Virus record (IMG/VR): IMGVR_UViG_3300033076_000691
Location: 39,768-103,767 of that record
Direction: 5' to 3' (one strand)
DNA length: 64,000 bases
Source: a virus
Lineage: Duplodnaviria; Caudoviricetes
The position numbers were made by a program, and so were the translations under genes. Shown here in pieces: positions 51,446-58,800 of the stretch (the stretch's first letter is position 1; each line of letters begins with the position of its first letter). A model generated the notes under the pieces. That model was not told the DNA's origin, made no database searches, and was given only the letters and a program-made list of their open reading frames with translations.

Positions 51446-51889
51446 CTATTTTTTAAAGAAACTTTTCTTTGGTTGTTCTTTTCTATCAAGTCCTAACTTC
51501 TCAATAATCTTATTAGCTTGTTCTTCTGCAAAACTGATTACCTCTTCTTCCTTATCAATGATCTTCCAGTTATTAAGTAAGATACTCATATGCATTGTTT
51601 CATGCATAATAGCTGTAGCTTTTTCTGTAAGACTATATCTCTTAAATGTTCCGAGGTTAATAAATATAAAAGGCTTGTAAGGTTCTTTTGCAGTAAGTTT
51701 CTTATCTGCCGGGTCATAGTTAGTCCACCCATAAATATAAACTCCGTTACCCACAGTCTTATCTACTTCCTCAGCTTGAGCATCTTTACGACTCAACCCG
51801 TGCATCTCATCTACCTTATAGTAGTCAAATATTTCAGTAGCATTGTCTCCAAAGAGAACAATATACTTACCCATATCTATTTTCTTCAT
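51446..51889 (-). CDS. HExxH zincin-like protein
   Basis: IMHETMH motif with downstream EEE. Confidence 0.5.
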   Translation of the reverse strand: MKKIDMGKYIVLFGDNATEIFDYYKVDEMHGLSRKDAQAEEVDKTVGNGVYIYGWTNYDPADKKLTAKEPYKPFIFINLGTFKRYSLTEKATAIMHETMHMSILLNNWKIIDKEEEVISFAEEQANKIIEKLGLDRKEQPKKSFFKK

Positions 51890-52099
51890 ACTAACAATAT
51901 ACTAATTAATAAACTTACAAACTTATAAAAAGTAAATTATTTTAAACCTATAAGCTGATGGATAATCCCACCACAGACTGTACTATTATGGTATAATGTG
52001 TTATATAACGGACATTAACATACAGATATGTTCCTTTAAAGGGACTATATGTAAATGCATACAATATAGTCACCTCAGCCTAAACTATATGTAGGTGCA

Positions 52100-52335
52100 T
52101 ATAATCCCCGGGCCAATCTACCAAGTCTATGTACCCCCCAGTATGTCCAGTTTTTTGCACTAATAACTGGACACGGGGAGGGGTTTTTTAATATGTAAGA
52201 GGTTGTTGTTGACCCCCTGCAGCAGCCACCCCCGGTCTGTCTGAGCTGGGGGTACCCCCCATCTTCTGTGGTGGGGGTGTCTGGCACATGCCAGAAAAAA
52301 ACTTTTTTCCTCGACCAGAAAAAACTTTTCTCCTG
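52100..52335. other. GC-rich strand-switch region; candidate genome terminus/packaging or origin region
   Basis: Transcription diverges here; G/C runs, GGGGGTACCCCC palindrome, near-direct repeat CCAGAAAAAA(A)CTTTT. Confidence 0.4.
52144..52173. promoter_or_regulatory. Palindrome TGTCCAGT-N14-ACTGGACA, copy 1
   Basis: Same arms and spacing at 63591-63620. Confidence 0.55.
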
Positions 52336-52384
52336 TCATGACAGTGGCTAACCCATCAACTGCATACCAAATAAAATATTTGTT

Positions 52385-52627
52385 ATGAAAAATCAACTTC
52401 CAACTCTGTCAGCTCTCGTGAGCATCCATCCTTGCAAGTCTCATGACTTTCTATACGTTATAAAGAAAGTCAATACTGATCAGTGGCTTCCAAGAATCCC
52501 CAAATCAGTAGTAAAAGATTCCATCCAATCCAGTGGGTTGTATGAAATCATTTACAGGCTTTACAAGAATAAAGATGGATATGACTCCATCTTCATCAGT
52601 AAAGCCACAAAGGTTATGACCTCATAA
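52385..52627 (+). CDS. Early hypothetical protein
   Basis: Between a motif copy and a terminator. Confidence 0.6.
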   Translation: MKNQLPTLSALVSIHPCKSHDFLYVIKKVNTDQWLPRIPKSVVKDSIQSSGLYEIIYRLYKNKDGYDSIFISKATKVMTS

Positions 52628-52643
52628 GGTCATAATCTTTTTT
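52610..52643 (+). terminator. Intrinsic terminator
   Basis: AAGGTTATGACC-tcataa-GGTCATAATCTT followed by a T-run. Confidence 0.7.
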
Positions 52644-52679
52644 CTTTCCCTCTTAATTGCTAACCCTTAACTCAAGTTG

Positions 52680-52906
52680 AATTAATTCATAATGTAATCT
52701 TCAGTCCAAATGATACAGACTGAAGTCATAAAGAGGAGCTGTTGCAACAGTGTCTGAATATGAGTCGGGATAAATCAGACGTGATTTATCAGGTCATTGA
52801 AAGTGTAGGATTTCAAATAGATATAACTTATCATCATTAAGCCTGCAATTAATGATGACATAACAAATGAGGGAATATATCAGCAATGATATATTCTTTC
52901 ATTTTT
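52680..52906 (+). ncRNA. Candidate multi-hairpin small RNA
   Basis: At least five hairpins, no substantial ORF, bounded by a promoter motif and a terminator. Confidence 0.5.
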
Positions 52907-52969
52907 CCCTCTTTTGGCTAACCCTTAACTTATCTTGATAATTATTCATTAACTAAATCATTAAACATT

Positions 52970-53413
52970 ATGGCATTATCAGCAGTTTATGTAGGAAACT
53001 ACATCAGAAAAGAAGGTGAGCAAAAAGGTAAAACCTTCCATGTTTACACCATTAAAGGTTCAAAGGAAGAACTTAAACAGTATGTGAATACACCGCAGTT
53101 TAAGAAATATCCACGTAAATCTGCAACGGGAGAACCACAAATGCATACTATGTATATGGATGCATTTCGTGATGAGTTACCATTATATCTTAAACAAGAT
53201 GGTAACTTCACATTGGATCAGTCTGAAACAAGAAAGGATTTGAGCAGATTGGAAATGTTAGAACAAGTGTCACCTGCTATTGCATCTGCATTTGCAACTA
53301 AACTTGCAGATAAAGTATTTGGTGCAGGTAAAGTATCTAGCAGTACTGCAAATGCTTTCATGTCAGAACCTGTCAGTGAGGGGAATGATGCAGATTTCAG
53401 TGATGACATCTAA
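52970..53413 (+). CDS. Early protein with acidic C-terminal tail (possible SSB-like)
   Basis: Beta-rich N-terminus, C-terminal EGNDADFSDDI; own promoter and terminator. Confidence 0.55.
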   Translation: MALSAVYVGNYIRKEGEQKGKTFHVYTIKGSKEELKQYVNTPQFKKYPRKSATGEPQMHTMYMDAFRDELPLYLKQDGNFTLDQSETRKDLSRLEMLEQVSPAIASAFATKLADKVFGAGKVSSSTANAFMSEPVSEGNDADFSDDI

Positions 53414-53422
53414 ACATCATTA

Positions 53423-53460
53423 ATGAGTGAGTAGGACTTAGGTCCTACTCTTCATTTTTT
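53423..53460 (+). terminator. Intrinsic terminator
   Basis: GAGTAGGAC-ttag-GTCCTACTC followed by a T-run. Confidence 0.75.
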
Positions 53461-53534
53461 AGTATTTAGTAATCCCTCTTTTTGCTAACCCTTCACTTAT
53501 ATCAGGAAATAATGCTACAGCATTATTTTGTTTT

Positions 53535-53665
53535 CTTTAGTATATAGTATATATAGTATATAATACAGTATATATACTCAATACTCAATAACTATTACTA
53601 GTAAATAGTATGATACTATTATATATACTGTAGTATATATAGTATACTCAATAACATTCTACTAT
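53535..53665. repeat. AT-rich low-complexity TATA(T)AGTA / ATACTCAATA repeats
   Basis: Direct repeats and inverted pair TACAGTATATATA / TATATATACTGTA. Confidence 0.6.
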
Positions 53666-53823
53666 ACACAGAAACATTTTGGTATATGTTCAGCAGTGTA
53701 ACTGTCTGAGAATGTGACAGAAAAACTTCTACTCAAACTTTACTACTAAATACATCCACAGAATATACAGCAGATCTATGCTTATATATAATTAATATAG
53801 CTAATAACTTAAAACATGAACTT

Positions 53824-54108
53824 ATGACTGACATTAAACAGAGACTATTAGACAATCTAGTAATAGGTATTATTATTGGAGCATTATCATTCTATATACT
53901 ACAATATATACTTGTACATGTAGTTGGTATGTCATTAACAGAGTCAAAGACTCCGGCATCTTACAAAGACGTAGGTGGTAACATTGATATTGAATACTAT
54001 CTTGAGGTATCAGAAGATTCAATATGGGTTGAAGGTGTTCAATCCAAGAAAGTATATTCAGGTAAATACTCAGACCTTGACAGTATTATACTATTAGATA
54101 ACAAGTAA
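53824..54108 (+). CDS. Membrane-anchored hypothetical protein
   Basis: N-terminal TM segment. Confidence 0.65.
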   Translation: MTDIKQRLLDNLVIGIIIGALSFYILQYILVHVVGMSLTESKTPASYKDVGGNIDIEYYLEVSEDSIWVEGVQSKKVYSGKYSDLDSIILLDNK

Positions 54109-54130
54109 ACAATAACTTAAATATATACTT

Positions 54131-54346
54131 ATGAATTCTAATCTGATTACTTTAGACAATCCTACACTCGGGAGAATTGATAGAGACCTTATCAACTTTG
54201 CAAAGGCCTATTATGGTTCATCATTTGATGAGTCAAAACAAAAAGAAATCTGCTCAATGGATGTAGCAGATAAGATCTGGTTACTTACTCAATACAAAGA
54301 GGAACTAACTTCAGTATCTAAACCTAATCTTAGTGACTTGTATTAA
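54131..54346 (+). CDS. Hypothetical protein
   Basis: ORF track, AT-rich start context. Confidence 0.6.
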   Translation: MNSNLITLDNPTLGRIDRDLINFAKAYYGSSFDESKQKEICSMDVADKIWLLTQYKEELTSVSKPNLSDLY

Positions 54347-54531
54347 TGTATAACCTAATCTTTAGGTTATATATGTTGCTAGGAATAGTAAAACCACAAG
54401 ACAATGTGGATGGTAGAACTATATATACCATCCACACTAAGTCTACTCATATTGAATATGCTTATAAAGGTGAGGTCATCCAATGGATCCGATCTCATCA
54501 ATTTGAGTATAATGAAGATATAGTAGATTAA
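54346..54531 (+). CDS. Hypothetical protein
   Basis: TAATG coupling to the previous gene. Confidence 0.6.
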   Translation: MYNLIFRLYMLLGIVKPQDNVDGRTIYTIHTKSTHIEYAYKGEVIQWIRSHQFEYNEDIVD

Positions 54532-54533
54532 AT

Positions 54534-54672
54534 TACTCTCATCCAATTGCAGGATGTATATTCTAATGCGACATTGTGTTTGTTAGAATAACATTGGTTA
54601 TATAATACCAGAGGGCCTTATGATGGTCGTGTGCTGGCATATATATCAAGGGTTGCAACCTTGTGAGAGTAC
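54534..54672 (+). ncRNA. tRNA-like structured RNA with an expanded middle
   Basis: TACTCTCA/TGAGAGTA closing stem stacked on a CAAGG-GTTGCAA-CCTTG T-arm-like hairpin. Confidence 0.55.
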
Positions 54673-54820
54673 AAATAGATGTAACCAGACATCGGTATAG
54701 TAATCTACTAACTATACGAAATCCAAATAGTAGATAGAGTATGTTAGCTGCAGAGGAAGAAACACATGCTTGAACCAAATAATTGACTGCAAAGGTTTTA
54801 GATTTTGTACCTACAAATAA

Positions 54821-54943
54821 ACAAAATCATGTAATGCACCATTCCTGATTCCCAAGGTCAGGCAGTTGTAGGAACTAACCATGTAATACCCATGAGGTAT
54901 CAAACTTACAGGTACAACTGAGTGCAGAGGGGTTCTGATTTGT
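54821..54943 (+). ncRNA. Twister self-cleaving ribozyme (type P1, with P5 extension)
   Basis: TAA-TGCA...CCTGA-TTCCCAAGG-TCAGG...TGCA-GAGGG core; both pseudoknots can form. Confidence 0.75.
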
Positions 54944-54987
54944 AACTTATTAATTTTTTATTTATACACTTAATTTTTATTCTGATT

Positions 54988-55899
54988 ATGAGAAATTTAG
55001 CAACCAAAGGATTGTCAATGAGTCAAGCACAATCTATTAGTAACCTATGCAATCAAAATGCACAGGAAATTGCACGTGAGATAGAATCTTACAACAACTG
55101 TAGTAAGTCAATTACTATTGGTACTCAAACATATACTTTACAAGAAGGTATACCTGTTCCAGGTGATATCATTGAGAAACTTAAGAACAAGGGTGATTTA
55201 CATGCTTGTCAAGCATTCTTGATGGAAGCTATCAGAGGTAAAGATGCTGAGATATCAAGACTCCGATCTATGAGAGTTGATACTTCACATCTTGTGGCAC
55301 CTGAAAGACCAGTTGTACCTGATTATGACATCAAAGATAATGTTGATGAAGATTGGGGATGGGAACAGTTAACAGATGCTGAGTATTCTGAGTATCTACA
55401 AGCTGAAGCAATGGCATCTCATCTTGGTCAGTTCATTCATAAGAATGGTAAACTTACTGATTTGAGAAAAGAATTACCTAAAGTTCCTCAAATTGAATGG
55501 TTTGAGGTAAAAGAAGGTGAGAAAACACCAGTTAAAGTAACTAAGCACCATATTTCTGGAGTATTACTCACATTACATGAGGAAATTGCAGAACAACATA
55601 GAACTTATGAGCAACGTGTAAACTATTTCAAAGCTAAGGTTAAGAACTTAGTTAGTGATGAGAATGCACGTATTCAGAAGGAAAATGCAGATAAAGCAGC
55701 TGAATTCTTAAACCTTGAGAAAAAACTCATGGAAGAATACAGAGTTGCATTAGATGCATACAATGGTGAGATACTTAGACTTACTATGGAGTTTAATAGT
55801 CAACGTGAGGAGGTTATTAAATTTCATGCAGGATTAAGAATTGATGTTGATCCTAGATTTCAGCATGTAATAGATATGTTTATTACAAAAGAGAATTAA
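54988..55899 (+). CDS. Coiled-coil protein (303 aa) flanked by structured RNAs
   Basis: GLSMSQAQSISNLCNQ, AFLMEAI and EA.ASHLGQFIH..G motifs; long helical C-terminal half. Confidence 0.8.
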   Translation: MRNLATKGLSMSQAQSISNLCNQNAQEIAREIESYNNCSKSITIGTQTYTLQEGIPVPGDIIEKLKNKGDLHACQAFLMEAIRGKDAEISRLRSMRVDTSHLVAPERPVVPDYDIKDNVDEDWGWEQLTDAEYSEYLQAEAMASHLGQFIHKNGKLTDLRKELPKVPQIEWFEVKEGEKTPVKVTKHHISGVLLTLHEEIAEQHRTYEQRVNYFKAKVKNLVSDENARIQKENADKAAEFLNLEKKLMEEYRVALDAYNGEILRLTMEFNSQREEVIKFHAGLRIDVDPRFQHVIDMFITKEN

Positions 55900-55953
55900 T
55901 AACATTAGGTGAGTAAGAGATAGGCACAAGCTGATTCTCTTACTCTTTATACT

Positions 55954-56211
55954 TGGTAACAGGAATTTTTCAACAACTATAGCATGGGTTAAGAACCCTT
56001 ATAAAAAGTAATTTATAAACTACATTTGAAAAACTACCGCTTCTCTCCAACTTTTACTGAGATAGAACTCATTAGTCAGACAGGTTAAGTACCTAGAGGT
56101 GTACAATTGGCTGACAAAAGATGAGACTTTATCTTTGTTTTTGCCTTTGTGGGAGAGAAGGTCTTTGAATTTGTATTTGTATTTAGCTTTAGCTATATAT
56201 TCCTGTTACCA
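55954..56211 (+). ncRNA. Candidate ~260-nt rod-shaped RNA
   Basis: Nested stems: 13 bp perfect, 9 bp perfect, plus two imperfect inner stems. Confidence 0.6.
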
Positions 56212-56234
56212 TGTAACTATATCACATTTATGGT

Positions 56235-56564
56235 ATGAAACAGTTGAATTTTAATAAGGAAGGTAATCAATGGTATATTGATTTACCTGATTGGAAAGGT
56301 GCTAAAGAAGAACTTGAAATGGTTGCTGGTGCAGACAGACTACTAGATCATTTGTCTAACAATGAAGACAAAGTATCTGTATTTGTATCTGAAGAACCAA
56401 TAGATGATTCTATTGCACTAAACAAGAAGTATAATATTAATGGTGGTGCTGATTATAAGCCTGCTAATACTGATGTTGTATTTAGTGTTTGGTTGTGTGG
56501 TGTCACTAAGTTTGTATTTGGTGGTTACATGCCGGATAAGTTGTACTTAAAAACTGCACAATGA
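56235..56564 (+). CDS. DUF6717-like protein
   Basis: WYIDLP.W.G....LEMV.GAD.LLD...WLC.VT.FVFG...P. Confidence 0.6.
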   Translation: MKQLNFNKEGNQWYIDLPDWKGAKEELEMVAGADRLLDHLSNNEDKVSVFVSEEPIDDSIALNKKYNINGGADYKPANTDVVFSVWLCGVTKFVFGGYMPDKLYLKTAQ

Positions 56565-56654
56565 AAGAGATCTTACTTTGCCTATTAGTTATGGCATTAT
56601 TGTACTCACAGTATTTATTAATTAACAAAAAATAGTTATCTTAATTAAAAAGAT

Positions 56655-56978
56655 ATGTCACTAGAAATAACAAAAGAAAACTTTAGTCAAGAAGTACTCA
56701 ACTCAAAAACACCTGTATTAGTAGATTTTCATGCAGCTTGGTGTGGTCCTTGTAAAATGTTAGGTCCAGTAATTGATTCTTTATCTGAAGAATATAAAGA
56801 TAAAGCAACAATTGGCAAGTTGGATGTTGATACCAATAGAGATATTGCAGTTGACTATAGTGTAAGAGCTATTCCATTAGTTCTTATATTCAAAGATGGA
56901 AAAGTTGTAGAAAGAATTACAGGCAGTAATCCTAAAGATGTATACATTACAGCTTTAAATGCTGCACTACAAGATTAA
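56655..56978 (+). CDS. trxA: Thioredoxin
   Basis: VLVDF.A.WCGPCK, V.AIP and FKDG motifs. Confidence 0.95.
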   Translation: MSLEITKENFSQEVLNSKTPVLVDFHAAWCGPCKMLGPVIDSLSEEYKDKATIGKLDVDTNRDIAVDYSVRAIPLVLIFKDGKVVERITGSNPKDVYITALNAALQD

Positions 56979-56999
56979 TTAACAGAGTTTTGAACTTAT

Positions 57000-57025
57000 A
57001 AGGGGGCTTATTGTCCCCTTTTTTA
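57000..57025 (+). terminator. Intrinsic terminator
   Basis: AAGGGGGC-ttatt-GTCCCCTT followed by a T-run. Confidence 0.7.
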
Positions 57026-57035
57026 TTTATTGGTT

Positions 57036-57284
57036 ATGAAAAGAATTCAAGAGTTAGAAGAATTAAGAGATATGTACATCCAAGATCTTGAAGATTTAGC
57101 AATGTTTGAAGCAAATCCTGAGATGTATGAGTTACGTAAGCATGAATTAGAATTTAGAATTATGTCTATTGAAGATACAATTGAGTATTTACAAGAAGGA
57201 CAAAATTCTAGGAGAAAGTTTGGAGTTATACTAACTGGTGTAGTTCTAATTATTGTATGTAGTATTATTTATTTAATTTCGTAA
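57036..57284 (+). CDS. Coiled-coil protein with C-terminal TM segment
   Basis: ORF track; start reassigned to MKRIQEL. Confidence 0.6.
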   Translation: MKRIQELEELRDMYIQDLEDLAMFEANPEMYELRKHELEFRIMSIEDTIEYLQEGQNSRRKFGVILTGVVLIIVCSIIYLIS

Positions 57285-57286
57285 AG

Positions 57287-57646
57287 ATGTCTGAAAAGAG
57301 AAAAGTTGGGAGACCAAAGAAAACATCTACAGTAGTAGCAAAAGATAAGAAAATCAATATGAATTGGAAAGCAGCTTATCTTAATCTTGTTGAAGAAAAC
57401 AAGAAAAGAGATATGATGTTTGAATCATTCAAAGAAAATGCAGGTTCTGTTATTGGTGAGATGGCTGATAATCAATTGAATGTTATCAATGTGGTATTAA
57501 ATTCAATTGATTCTATTGAATCTCATTGTAACAATGTACTTGAACAAACTAATACTCTTGAAATTACAGATGTAGCCTATATGGTTAATCTTGCCAAGAG
57601 AAGATTATTAGCAACGTATTCCCATATGGAGAATACTGAAGAGTAA
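57287..57646 (+). CDS. Hypothetical protein with AT-hook-like KRKVGRPKK
   Basis: N-terminal GRP motif in a basic context. Confidence 0.6.
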   Translation: MSEKRKVGRPKKTSTVVAKDKKINMNWKAAYLNLVEENKKRDMMFESFKENAGSVIGEMADNQLNVINVVLNSIDSIESHCNNVLEQTNTLEITDVAYMVNLAKRRLLATYSHMENTEE

Positions 57647-57654
57647 AATCTTCT

Positions 57655-57728
57655 GGTTCCATAGCTCAATTGGATAGAGCAACACACTTCTAATGTGTAG
57701 GTTTCTGGTTCGAGTCCAGATGGGATCA
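57655..57728 (+). tRNA. tRNA-Arg (anticodon TCT), no encoded CCA
   Basis: Acceptor GGTTCCA/TGGGATC, D arm GCTC..GAGC, anticodon arm ACACA-CTTCTAA-TGTGT, T arm TCTGG-TTCGAGT-CCAGA. Confidence 0.92.
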
Positions 57729-57788
57729 CTAAAGCCTCTAAGTTTAAAGGCTTTTTTATTACTTATTTATTTATTTAAAGATCTGATT

Positions 57789-58106
57789 ATGAAAGTGTTA
57801 GGAAAACTATTTAACAGAAAAAAGAAATTAGTTAACTCTCCAGAGTTAAAGATTTGTATAATTGATGATACAACAACAGATTTGTGGACCACATTTGGTA
57901 TCACAGAAGAAAGAAGAGATGAGATCATTGATATATGTAAAGAAAGTTTAATGCAATTTGATATTAAATCTAAGTCTTATGAATACATTGTTGACAAGTG
58001 TAAACATGTCAATGAAGTTGTCACAGCTACAATTATCTTTGAAAGAATGTGTGATCAACAAAATGATCATCCACTTGCAGGTTTAATGAAACTGTTTGGA
58101 AAATGA
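57789..58106 (+). CDS. Hypothetical protein
   Basis: Start reassigned to MKVLGK to avoid the tRNA. Confidence 0.65.
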   Translation: MKVLGKLFNRKKKLVNSPELKICIIDDTTTDLWTTFGITEERRDEIIDICKESLMQFDIKSKSYEYIVDKCKHVNEVVTATIIFERMCDQQNDHPLAGLMKLFGK

Positions 58107-58315
58107 AAGTCTTTACATCAGTACTAGGGTTTAACTTTAATGTTACCGTAGTAGACAATGAAGGTAATCCACTTAAAACAGGTGCAAGAGTAGTTACTGC
58201 GGTAACTAAAGGAACTCCCAATGTGGGAACAAAGATTGGCGGTCAGAGTTGGTTTACCAACTATAATGAGCAATTGTTGAACAAGATTAGAGATTATAGG
58301 AGGAGAAATGACTAA
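58103..58315 (+). CDS. Hypothetical protein
   Basis: ATGA overlap with the previous gene. Confidence 0.6.
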   Translation: MKVFTSVLGFNFNVTVVDNEGNPLKTGARVVTAVTKGTPNVGTKIGGQSWFTNYNEQLLNKIRDYRRRND

Positions 58316-58736
58316 GATTCAATTAGAATTAAATGAAACTGACTTATATAATGCTCTAAAGGGTATCATAGATCATAATAATGCTGATGAAATAACTAAA
58401 TTCTTAGTCCATTGTATTGGTGCCTCACATGATACAGCAAATATATTCTTTAAGACTTATCTTGGGGCACCAGCACCTAGAGTATTGCTTCCAGGTGAAA
58501 TGATAAAAGTACTTCCCAAGAGTATTACATGGAAGACTCAAGAAGAAGAAATGAGGAAACATGATTTGATTGATAAATCAGGTTATTGTACAGCAGTTAT
58601 TAAAGAATTCAGAGGTTTTCATGATTCTAGTACTTATTATGTTTCATTTGCTAATGTAAATGATGAAGATGAAGTATATCAGGATACCGGATGGGTTAGT
58701 TATAAAGATGTTATAGAAGTTATAGAAGAGTTTTAA
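58308..58736 (+). CDS. Hypothetical protein
   Basis: ORF track. Confidence 0.65.
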   Translation: MTKIQLELNETDLYNALKGIIDHNNADEITKFLVHCIGASHDTANIFFKTYLGAPAPRVLLPGEMIKVLPKSITWKTQEEEMRKHDLIDKSGYCTAVIKEFRGFHDSSTYYVSFANVNDEDEVYQDTGWVSYKDVIEVIEEF

Positions 58737-58778
58737 GATAGTATATCTGTTGATATGCTTTTCCTAACCAAAGAATAT

Positions 58779-58800
58779 CAGGGGGTTACGGCCCCCTTTA
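58779..58800 (+). terminator. Intrinsic terminator
   Basis: AGGGGG-ttacgg-CCCCCT followed by TT. Confidence 0.6.

Larger units (their letters stand above)
52347..53497 (+). promoter_or_regulatory. Four copies of a GCTAACCC(T/A)T..ACT motif (52347, 52659, 52917, 53484); candidate early promoter
   Basis: Three copies are preceded by TCCCTCTT and lie just after terminators. Confidence 0.65.

Noticed and set aside
52075-52396. Two minus-strand ORFs in the GC-rich switch region
   Set aside because: Atypical composition, overlapping palindromes and homopolymer runs; likely non-coding.
54563-54778. 71-aa minus-strand ORF
   Set aside because: Antisense to the structured RNA region in a plus-strand block; no protein-like features.
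52680-54780. Hammerhead or pistol ribozyme in the hairpin-rich regions
   Set aside because: No CUGANGA...GAAA core with proper stems and no pistol GCGU/AAA layout found.
57693-57788. N-terminal extension of the 137-aa ORF
   Set aside because: Overlaps the tRNA and a terminator-like hairpin; the ATG at 57789 is the better start.
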